Assembly: GCA_035084275.1 (NCBI GenBank)
Contig: CM068769.1
Location: forward strand, 2,170,001 to 2,234,000
Length of the DNA stretch: 64,000 bases
Reading direction: 5' to 3'
DNA from: Hydrolagus colliei
Taxonomy: Eukaryota
The notes beneath the pieces were generated by a model. It had not been told where the DNA came from. It saw only the letters and a list, made by a program, of their open reading frames with translations, and searched no databases. A program made the translations under genes and the position numbers. This document shows positions 23,830 to 34,640 of the stretch, piece after piece (the first letter of the stretch is position 1; the number at the start of each line of letters is the position of its first letter).

Positions 23830-26170
23830 CGCAATGAAGTCGGGATGGATTTCCAGAGGTTGGGGGCAGTGTGGTTGAAGACTCCCCCGCCATTTGTTGG
23901 GACGGTGGGTTGGGGGACGATGAGCAGGTTAGAGCCAGGCGAAAGAAGGGGGCGGGCAGGTTGGTAAGGAGAAAAGAGGGATAGGAAGTCACGATTGTAG
24001 GTTGATGTGAAGTTATGGAGTGAACGGGATCAACACACATAAAGGAATTATCTAACCCTATACACACTCAGTGTGGGGTTTCCTCTGAGTACTTCATCTG
24101 ATCTGTTTAGTAATACATACGTACACTGATCTGGATTCACAGTGTACACTAAAAAGCATAGATTCTGTGCGTTTTGCTGTCGAAACGAGGCATCTATTTG
24201 TGCACAGCGCTGTCCTATAAACAGACGCGGTTCTGGTTTCTTAAGTTAGGAGAGATTGTTTCCCAGGAAAGTTGCTCTTTAACCGATTATCAACCGTAAT
24301 CCTACTTACTCTCGGTAAACCTAGGACAGTGTGTGGAGTAAGTAAACCTGGCAATCGTGTCGACCTGACAGGCTTCAAACGCAGGCAAAGTGCTTGTAAG
24401 GCGAGTGCTGATACCACTAAAGTACATGAATCCACAGATGGTACAGATGTGTGGAACTCAGGTATGTTTTTGGACGACATAGAATGTATCTGTCTGTCTA
24501 TCTTGCTGCAGGAGTCTGTCATGCAGTTGACCAAAGGCATGTCAGTGTTGGACGAGCAAAAATGGAGGAGCGAGATGGCAGAGCAGAGAAGATGACCACC
24601 AGTGAAAGGGACAAAAAGTTTGTACATAAAACTCAGACCAGCTCACCCACAGATTATGGCAACCTGTTTATACCATTGCCTGTTCGGCCCTCCTCACGGT
24701 ATCTTACAGTTTCCCAGTCAACTTTCTCCCACTAAACGACCAGCGCTCTCTCAACACAAGGCGCCACTAACGTAGATGATAAAGTACATATATTGTGGCA
24801 GCCGCCATCATTACCTTCTCAGGTAAGCCAAACACCTACTCCATATGGATGCAGTTTCGTTACATGTTCTCCAAAGCCATAGTTTTATTGCATCGAATTT
24901 ATTTTGGGAGAAGAAATGAAGGGAGGCAATATAGGCTAGATAGTACAATTTTAAATGATGTGATGGAACAGAGAGTCCTCGGGATTTGTGTTCGTGACTC
25001 GTTGAAGGTGGCAGGATAGGTAGACAAGACTGCTAAGAAGGCATATGGGATACTAGGCTTTATAAATAGGGGTATAGAATACCAATGTCAGGAAGTGCTG
25101 ACTAACCTCTATAAAAATTGGTGAGGCCTCAGCTGGAATACTGTGTTAAATTCTGGTCACCAGCCTACAGAAAGGATGTGAAGGCATTTGAAAGGGTACA
25201 AAGAAGATTTGTAGGATGGTGCCAGAATTGAGGGACGTCAGCTATGAGGAGAGGCAAGATAGGCTAGGGTTATTCTCTCTGGAGCAGAGAAGATTGATGG
25301 GAGACCTAATGGCGGTTTATAAGATCATGAGGGGCTTCGACAGGGCAAATAGAGAAAAACTTTTCCACTCGTGGGTGAATCTGTGACTCGTGGTCACAGT
25401 TTTAAATTGTTTCACGGCGAAGTAGAGGGGATCTGAGGAGAATTTTATTCACTCAGCGCGTTGTTCGTATCTGGAATGCATTGCCTGAAAAGGTGGTGGA
25501 AGCTGATTCGATAACAATTTTTAAAAGGGAATTAGATCTTTATTTAGGGACAACTGGTGTATTAGGCTTTGGGGAGCGGGCAGGGCAGTGGGATTGAATC
25601 GCTCTTTTCAAAGAGCCGGCTCAGACTAGATGGGTCGAATGGCCTCCTTTTGTGCCGTAAAATTCTACGAATCTATGAATCTATAAGCCAATAATCTATA
25701 CCAATTGTGGATACGTGATATAATACAGCTAGTGGTTAGAACACTCGCCTCGCATGCTGAAGGATTTGACTTCGATTCACGGTGGGACAGGGCGAAACTA
25801 CAAGTGTACTTTTTCCACAGACCCACATATATTTCTGCTAAATGAGCAGTGAGAAGGTAACCGATTTTTTTAGTCGATTGTCAGATCACTTATTACGATA
25901 TTGATCTATTAAAAAATGCAGATACGGATGAATATATAGTCAATTCACTTCAAAGAATACACTGGGAAATGCCTTGAGACGTCTCCAAGACGCGAATAGC
26001 GCAATATCAAATGCAAGGATTATCAGTAGTATTCTATGACCGTTTGTGCTGGAATGGTGCACTCAACTCCCTGCCGATTTCACCCACAAAATTCCGTCAC
26101 CGAATAGTCTGTGAAACGCTTGGAGATGTCACGATCACTCTGTAAGTAGCTATATTAAACACAGCATGTT
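23830..26170 (-). repeat. Right (inverted) arm of the ~2.3 kb duplication
   Basis: Mirror of 21170-23510. Contains the inverted promoter block, dead leader exon (24776-24822, + strand), CR1 and SINE; ends just outside the V10 nonamer. Confidence 0.93.
24900..25685 (+). mobile_element. CR1-clade LINE 3' fragment (inverted copy of 21655-22440)
   Basis: Same 5' truncation point and same ATTCTACGAATCTATGAATCTAT tail. Confidence 0.9.
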
Positions 26171-26205
26171 TTTGTACAGGTCCTTCGTAAACACACATCA
26201 GTGTG
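26167..26205 (-). promoter_or_regulatory. 23-RSS of V10
   Basis: CACACTG - 23 nt - ACAAAAACA. Confidence 0.87.
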
Positions 26206-26649
26206 CTCTCCGCACCGACGTAAGTGGCGGAGTCAGACATTCGCACGTCTCGGATCGATAACGTGCTATCGTTTCCAACAGTCAAAGCATTTATCCTCTC
26301 TTTCTCCTTCATCTCTCTCGATCCCAAACCAAGGAAGTGATGGAGCCGTTTCCATGCTCTTTGAACCATTGAAGCACTTGGCTGGACACAGTGGTGCTGC
26401 ACTGCATAATTACATTCCCATTTTCATTATCTGTCAGAGCCTGCTGTGACTGTGACACTTCGTTTTCAGTCGAGACACCTGGGGAAATAGAACATTCTTG
26501 GATAGTAATTCATAAAATGTCTGCAATAAATTTTTCAATTTTGTATCAGGAAAACCAGGATGTTGTGTGTTCAATATGATATTCTACTTACACAAGATTA
26601 TTGTAATTAAATTTACAATAATATATGGTGCATTGAAATCCTGCTGCAT
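26206..26649 (-). pseudogene. TRAV: TCR V pseudogene V10 (family B)
   Basis: Leader 26592-26649 (MQQDFNAPYIIVNLITIIL). V exon 26206-26478 has a 1-nt frameshift near 26340 and the second Cys changed to Gly (TYVGAE). Confidence 0.9.
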
Positions 26650-28029
26650 GCTCATGTCTCTTCGATTCGCTTCAAAATGTCTGATTGATGTACAGCGGAA
26701 AATCAGCTACAGGCTGGATATTTTTTACAAATGTTTGTGGAACGTAGTTAACTATGCAGATTATAAGTGGATTCTCGGTTACGCTTTGCCACACTTCTCA
26801 ATTCCTCTATGATTGCTTCTACAGAATTCATTCGCCAATTAACTGGCCACTTGCTGCTGTTTAGCGGAGGGTTGCATGTGTGTGAAGTTAGCAAACGTGA
26901 CGTATGTTTCTCCCACTCTAATTCGTTCCCAATCAGGCGATATTTGGGGCAAATATACTTCTCCATACACACACAACTCAATTTAGCTTAGAATCAGGTG
27001 GAAACCACAACCTAGTCCATTGGTGGTTCACTTTGCTGGGGATAATAGTCCCCATCTCCAAAATGTTCTGCATCAAAGGCAAGCAACACTACAATAATTA
27101 ATTTTATTGTTGATAGTATCATTATTACCAATATTTTTAATAATATTGCTGTCCAGTAATCTATGTAATTAATTGTACGCCTTGAAGCATGTAAACAATC
27201 TATGTCTTGTGCACCTAAGTTAAATAAGATGTTGTCAGTTTTATCGCGTTCCCAATCTAAACTAAACCAAACTACCTTACTGTAGTTGACAAAATCTAAT
27301 GCAATTGTTAACACATTGAGATCCGCTGGAAGGCGGATGCTTATGTTGGAGAAAGACAATAATATGAATATATGACACCCCCATTACTTTTCGAGCAAAC
27401 TAAGCATTGCGATTGTCATGGTTACGGATTAGACAAACCTTTGAAAATTTCAGCAGAAGCAGCAATAAAACATAGGATGTAACCAATGTGGATTGCAACA
27501 GAAAGCACCTGTTATAGCTGTCAAGGTAGATTGACACAGAATCGAACATGGCAAGGTATGTCAATTGCAGATGATGTTTTATGTGTATATTGTCTGCCAT
27601 CTGCTAGTTGACTGTAGCTACTGCACGTGCATAATTTGAAAGTAAGTGTTTTTTGGCGGGCCCTGAATAATGATCCTGGTCCCATTGTCTCCACTGAAAA
27701 TTGATGTCTTTGTCCCATTTACTTGCTTTTTCCTCGTATTGTCTGTGCTTTAATGAGACACTCGAATACATTCTCATTCACAGTCTCTTACTGCGTCATA
27801 TCCCTGATCATTTTGTATCTACTTTAATTCTATTCCTTGCTCTGATCCTGTAAACGTTGATTATGTTTTGCTTCACCTTGAGCTGCCATTCACCGTTTAC
27901 ACGACAGCAGCACAATATTTACATATGTGTGGCACCATTCATTTTGGGATGATTTCACTGTGCACTGTATTTGCTACTACATGAACGATAGAATCACATT
28001 TGGGATGTCCTCCCGACGTGACAGGCGCT

Positions 28030-28510
28030 CTGTACGTACACGTTCGTTCCTGTTTTTCACGTCGGATGGACGTCCGAAGCCGCTGACCAGTCAGATCTGG
28101 AACTGAGCAATGGAGAGGGCAGGGTAGTGGTTGGGCGTAGCGTGAGAGAGGTAAGACTCGAGGGCGGGTTTTAGGAGCGAAGGGAGAGAGTGGTGATGGC
28201 AGCACAAGGCATGGTCAAAGAGGAGGGACATGAGACAGGCTTTCAAGGAGGCGCGGGAGATAGCCAGGCTTAGGGACTTTGGGATGGAGTTCCAGAATGT
28301 GGTGGAAGAAAGCACGTCCACCGATAATAGGGCGTGTCAGGCGGGGGACATATAGCAGATAGGATCCCGCTGAACGGAGGGGGAGAGGAGGTACATTGTA
28401 GGACAGGAGATCGGAGAGTTGGTGGTGGGTAGGGGTGGCGAGGAGTTGGATCGCGGGGGTGGCAAGGCCGTGAATGGCCTTAAAGTTGTGTAGGAGGACT
28501 TTTGATTCGA
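28030..28510 (-). mobile_element. L2-clade LINE 3' fragment
   Basis: Translates to FKAIHGLA...PLRSAGSYLLYVPRLTRPIIGGRAF, resembling the L2 ORF2 C-terminus. Confidence 0.7.
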
Positions 28511-29046
28511 AAAATGGATGAGACTTGACAAACAATCAGCGTTTTTATATTTGTTACATAAATAATAATCTTTGTCTTCAATTCTTATTGTCTCATGGAC
28601 CAAAACAATCATGTCTTCAGATTCTACTCTTTTTAGAACCATTGATTGAACCTGTTGTATCTGCACATTCAGACCTATTGTCGCATTCTGAATGATGTAT
28701 AATAACTGGCATGTTCATCGAACTGACCAAGAAAGCAATAACTTTGAAGTCATGTCAGTGACAATCACATGATTATGTTTAACAGTCATATTAATTCTTG
28801 CGTTTGACTCAGCGCCATATCATATATTTTAAAGTAGTTTTTACCAATGGAAAAGGAATGTACCAATCAACTAACAAACGGGTTTGAACTTCCGACTGGG
28901 TGAACAGGGTGTAGTTTAATAAAGCTTCACAAAAGATTCGTTCTTAGACAAACGCTGATTGTTTGTCAAGTCTCATCCATTTTTCGAATCAAAGAACAAT
29001 AACCCTAACCCTAAGGATGGCGGAAACGCTTATCTGTGTCTCTATG

Positions 29047-29890
29047 GGGCTCAGTGCAAAGTAATACAACGCCGGGTCTGTAACTCTCACTTCGGTTATA
29101 TTTAATGGTAAAGTTCTTCCCACTTTATCCACTATCGTTGAGAATCGTTTGTTGGTAAAGTCGGCATATTGTGGTCTGTTGCTTGTGGACGTCCAGAGGA
29201 TATATTCTGGAGCTGTGCTGGGATGATGGCGGTACCAGAACAGATAGGGAGAGCTACTTGTAGTTGTATATTTACTCCTCAAATAAACATCCTCCCCATC
29301 CTTCACTTTCACAGTAGATTGGAGCTGTGTCACAGAGTTTCCTCCACAATGTCCTGGAAACACATGTCAGCGTTCAGTAGAATAACACCAATAACAAGAG
29401 TAATGCAGGCATATGACAAAACTGTATATTGCGTCTTCGTGTTAACTAAACGACTACAAAACTGAATATAGTGTAACGCGTACTGTCTGTTTACTATGCG
29501 GTCGAAACGTAGTGGCAAATTGCACACACAGTGTCCCACAAACAGTCGTGGATTGCATAACTGTGTTATCATTAGCAGTATCACATAGTGACAGATAATT
29601 AACCCCTAATAAAGTAATCGGCTAAAGGACCATTTTTCAAGTTACTTCTCAGTATTCACAGCAATGAGTGATGTGTGACTAAACATGCCTAATATTTCGC
29701 CCTGTCCAGGCCGAGAATTGATCCCAGTTTCTCTCGATTTTGACAACTCTATAAGGCTTGTTGTGTTTTCATTATTTTATGCAATAAACCCTGGGCAGGA
29801 TACTAAGTGCAGTTGGCTGACTATAGAATTAGTGTATGGCTTACCTGACAAGGCAATGATGGCTGCAGCCACATATATATATATATACAT
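29047..29890 (-). pseudogene. TRAV: TCR V pseudogene V11 (family A, paralog of V2): open frame but both Cys and the RSS lost
   Basis: Leader 29845-29890 (MYIYIYVAAAIIALS; in-frame (TA)n expansion). V exon 29047-29353 has YLRSKY (Cys->Ser) and YYFAL (Cys->Phe). Heptamer CATAGAG; nonamer replaced by aaccctaaccctaag. Confidence 0.9.
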
Positions 29891-31288
29891 TGCCTTGAAT
29901 ATGTAAAGGGCGCTGATGGTATCGTTGGAGAATGTAGGACGGCAAGTGGTAATATACCGTGAGGAGAGCTGAACACTAAATGACATAGAGGTAGCATGTC
30001 TGAGGTTTATGCACAGCCTTCTTGTCTCTGTCAATGTGCGTTGTAGTTTCTGCTCTGCCATCTCGCTCCTCCATTGGTTCTCTGCCATCACTGACATGTC
30101 TTTGATCAACCGGGTGACAGACACATGCAGCGAATGACACCCGTATCCCTATTTAAACTAGTTCCACACGTATGCATACCGCCTGTGGAAACCTGTAAAT
30201 TAATTATGTCAGCACTCAGCCCACAATCGAGGTGTCTGGGATTAATTCCAGGCAGCTCGCCATGTTGGGTACGTTTCTTTCCTCCAAACCCCCGCCTTGG
30301 TTTACCTCTCACAGTGGTTCAACAACATTTTTCAGTAATGTAGCCCTTGTTAATTTTCAACGTTATCTTATAACCACACACGACTACGTACACACACACC
30401 ACCAGCCCCCACATTCCTCTCGCATTTTGTGACGAAGCATTTCTTATATAACAAAACAACTAGCAAATAAAAACGAAAGGAATAACAATTACATATAAAA
30501 TTTGAAAGCTATAAAACGCTAAATAAGAGAGATAAGTAAATCAATCTACCGACACCTGCAACCTCTGAAGTAACGTTCTACCCCCGGCGATATAGGTACA
30601 CCCGGTTGAGAACCATTGACCTAGCAGTAAGTAGGGTTTTTATTATTAGTCGATTCGTGGCGCCTTTCCATTGGAAATATTCTGTTATTAGATAATTAGC
30701 TCAATCCACGCCTGTTTGTGTGTCACTGCTGACTTCTGCGTACAAGTTAAAGCGTATGTGAGTGCACTTAAGCGCTGTCCGGCGTGGAGGGCGCTATAGA
30801 AATAGAAGTTGTTTTTATTGTTGTTGTCGAGTGACAATGCTTTTTGAATAGACTATCATCCTGGAAATGGATATATGCAAATCGACTATTATCTCGGTAC
30901 CTACATACACATCGGCAATAATACTAAGAATCTATCCATTTGGTATAGCGACTTATCACGTACTCAAGACGTCAAAGAGCGCTTCCCTGTTTATACTGCT
31001 CAGTGAGTTTACTGTATGTATAATGGGATAAAGGCGGCAAATAACTTCACATAGCAGTGACCCACCAAATGTTGTGGATTGAAGTAGTCATTTTAATTAG
31101 GAATTATCACACGCTGAAAGGCGATCCACCGTTAGTTTAATAACTCGATTCCTATTCACTCCTACGTACTCAGAAGCATATGGTGTTAGAAAACAATGGC
31201 CGAGTTTCTGGCCTTCTGGGATGCGAACCAGCAGTGTTATCGTTTGTGATGCGAGTGCTTTAATCATTGAGCTACAGCAACCTCAAAA

Positions 31289-31327
31289 TGTTTTTGTATA
31301 GGCTCCTCTTAGACACGCAGCTCTGTG
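31289..31327 (-). promoter_or_regulatory. 23-RSS of V12
   Basis: CACAGAG - 23 nt - ACAAAAACA; spacer nearly identical to that of V3. Confidence 0.9.
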
Positions 31328-31789
31328 CTCTCTGCCGCACAGAAGTAAGTTTCGGTGTCTGTCACTCGCACGGCTCTGATTGTCAGTGTGCTGTTCTTCT
31401 CTTTTGTATAAGCCAACGCACTTATCCTCTCCTCCGCCTTTACCTCTCTGTTACCCAACACCAATAACCATATGGAGCCGTTTCCATACTGTTTGTACCA
31501 TTGGAAGGCGCGGACGTCTCCATTGGTCCTCTACTCGATAGATCCATTTCCATTTTCATTCTCTGTCATGGACAGAGGCCTCTGTGTCACTTCGCTGTCA
31601 GCCAAAACACCTGGAAAACAGAAATGAACATTCTAGGAAATGAATTGGGGAAAACAAGCACATCCATCGACAATTGTTAGGAGTTCACAGTAACACAAAG
31701 CTGTGATTCTCCGAATAAATAACCGACTTACATAACAGTGTGGTCACTAACTTTATAAATATATATAATGGATTGAAATTCGGCTTCAT
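31328..31789 (-). pseudogene. TRAV: TCR V pseudogene V12 (family B)
   Basis: Leader 31732-31789 (MKPNFNPLYIFIKLVTTLL). V exon 31328-31610 has TAG at the first conserved Cys position (31531-31533); the rest is in frame to TYFCAAE. Confidence 0.92.
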
Positions 31790-34329
31790 TATTTGCTTCA
31801 AATACAACGAGCGTTCGGCAGAACGCTGATCAAAGTTTATTCGAGGTTGTCTGGAGTCTTTAGCTGAGTGGGTGACAATTATATTCTCGGTGACGCCTTC
31901 ACCCACAGCTCACTTTCGACATGTTTGCTTGTGGTAAATTCGTTCGTTAGTAGACTATCATCAGTGCTCATGCTTACTGCTAGGTAAACAGAGCAATACG
32001 TGTGGATAAAAATAACATGCCCATTCTTTCTGCTTACTCCAGAAGGAAAACAAGTCCATAAATGCATTTACAAATTCCAATACCTGGGTGAATGGCACTT
32101 GCTTCTACTGCTAATAACAACCTCCTCGTCAGGATATTGGCTTGCTGGTTTAATAGGAGCAGAGTGGAATGACTCCACTTTTCTACAGGATAATCACAGG
32201 ATATCTCCTTGGTTGATTTCAAGCAAGCAGGGCAATAGACTGAAGGTCCGACGGCCAACGGATCGCTGGCAGTAGGGGAATCGTGAAGCTCTTCCAGTTT
32301 TGTGCTGCTCTGCCCTTCAAAGCCCTGCTGATGATCCACGCTGGGATGCGTTTCATCAGTAGTGAGACCCCTAGACATGGAAAGAATTCTGTCAATGTGT
32401 TACCAAGCTACAGATCAGGTCTGGTCATACATTCTGTTCTCCACTCAAGGAGGCAAGGAATTTACATAGAAAACTGTGAGCAGTTGCACGGTGCATCGCC
32501 ATCATCTATCAGTAGTAAAGCGGTACTGCAGGTTTTTATCGTCAGTCTGAACACACAATCATAGAGTCATACAATCTTGCGGCACAAAAGGAGGATTTTC
32601 GGGATATCTAGGCTGTGCTGGCTGTTTGAAAAGAGCAATGCAATCCCAACCTCCAAGCTATCTCTCCATAACTCCATTAGCTGCAACAGTGAGACCTGCA
32701 TTCGAATCCAGTCAGATGAGGGCTAAACCTTGAACAAGCTTCCATACTCCACTCGACTAATATTAGTGCCTCCAAAAATTACCTCAATAATAAAATTGTT
32801 GATTTCAATCCACGAATGTTTGAGGGACACTGCTGTGCGCAATTGGCTGCCGCATTTCACCCATACCTATCAAGTCAATTCACTTCACAATATATTCTGT
32901 GAAGCGCTTTGAGACTCAATAGGATGTGAAAAGCGCTATATATCGAATGCAAGCATTATTGTTATTATTATTCTATTATTATTAATATCAGAACCAGGCA
33001 AACCTGTCCACTCCAAATAAATGTCCACCTGACATGACACGATCAGAAAATAGTCTATAGACCTTCGCGGGTAGTTGAGAGCTAGGAAGAATTCTGACAA
33101 TGTGTTAGCAAAAAACACATCGGCTTTGGACATACTTTCTCTTCTCCGCTCACAGAGAACAAGGGATTTCAATGAGAAGACTGTGCGGAGGTACAGAGTG
33201 CATCACCACCATCTGGCGGCAGCAATTCGGGACTGAATGTTGTTATCGTTTACTAGAACACACAGTAACTGACAGTAAATGATTTTTCTCCAAAAATGCA
33301 CAATAGAATCAGGAGAGATGTAGAAAAGGGATTTCGTTTCACTGCTTGAAGGCTGTCTAGAATTTGATAGTGTGATACAGACCTGAGGCGTGCACGGATA
33401 ACAATAATCATTGCAGTTGATATAACTGTTTCCACATCATCTAGATATAGAATCTTACGGCACAAAAGGAGGCCATTCGGCCCATCGAGTCCGTGCCGGA
33501 AGATTCCATATATCTGATGGGAAGCTCACGTAATTTAATCGAAAGTGAATAAGTTGTATATTTGTAAGTGAGACACGTCAGAGAATTGCACACAGAATCT
33601 TGTGCAAAGATTCGTGGAATGGCGAGAGAATGTTGCTACTTTTTACAATTAATACAAGTAGTATCATTGGCATCAATGGGGAAATGTTTAGTGACATAAA
33701 CACTGGTAAGTAATGAAAATGTATTGGACAACACTGATCAGAGACTCCAAATGTGATCCTACGTAATTGGGGCTCAATAAACCCAGATTTGTTGTGTATT
33801 GTTCTTGGAAAATTTATAATATCTGAAGTAAATGAAGTTGGAATTGTAATACTGCTTTCAGCCACAGGGGAGGTGTTGTTTTGTGAACACAAATTCGAAA
33901 TGCAGTGCATCCCTGCCACTTTGTGGAGATATGCTTGTACTGCAGACATTCGTGTCAATGCCTATCTGCCTTGATTTGGGAACCATTTAAATTGATAGAT
34001 TAAGAGAATCTAAACAAATCTCTGAAGATTCTGTTTAATCAACCTCAATATGGGATTTTCCATCTATTGGAATGGAATGTGCTCTTTCTCTCGCTGGAAG
34101 TATGCATCCAAACCATCCGATTACAGACGATATAATGTACATTGACAAGACTGTGATGTTTAAATGTGGATTATAAGCATTTGAATAAGCAAGCTTCTGT
34201 TGGCAGCATTATCTGCCAATGTTTCCCAGTACTTCAACCTGGATTGCCCAAACCAAGATCACCCACCTTGGAGGTAGAACACGTGGCTCTTTTCGGACTT
34301 ATTTGGCAACAAAATCAGAGTTATGGAAT

Positions 34330-34640
34330 TCTACAACAACGCAGCAGATAATTACAAATGAGACATGTGTTCGAACGCAGGGACGTCAGGGCGAACCACT
34401 GGGCAACTTTGTTTGCTCCACAAGCATAATAATAATCCGTTCAAAAAACAACAACACAGTAATAAAAAAATTGTGACTTCAAAACACGACTGCTTGTGGG
34501 AAACCGCTGTGCGCAATCGGCTGTCGCTATTCGCCCACAGATATACAGTCAATCCACTTGACAGTATATTCTGGAAGCACATTGGGACGTCGATATGATG
34601 TGAAAAGCGCTATATCAAATGCATGGATTATTATTATTTA
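34330..34640 (+). mobile_element. tRNA-derived SINE
   Basis: GTTCGAACGCAGG...GGGCGAACC...TATACAGTCAATCCACTT...AAAGCGCTATATCAAATGC...(ATT)n. Confidence 0.75.

Noticed and set aside
29000-29014. Interstitial telomere or chromosome-fusion scar
   Set aside because: Only about two ACCCTA units, and similar short tracts occur in dispersed elements elsewhere in the window.
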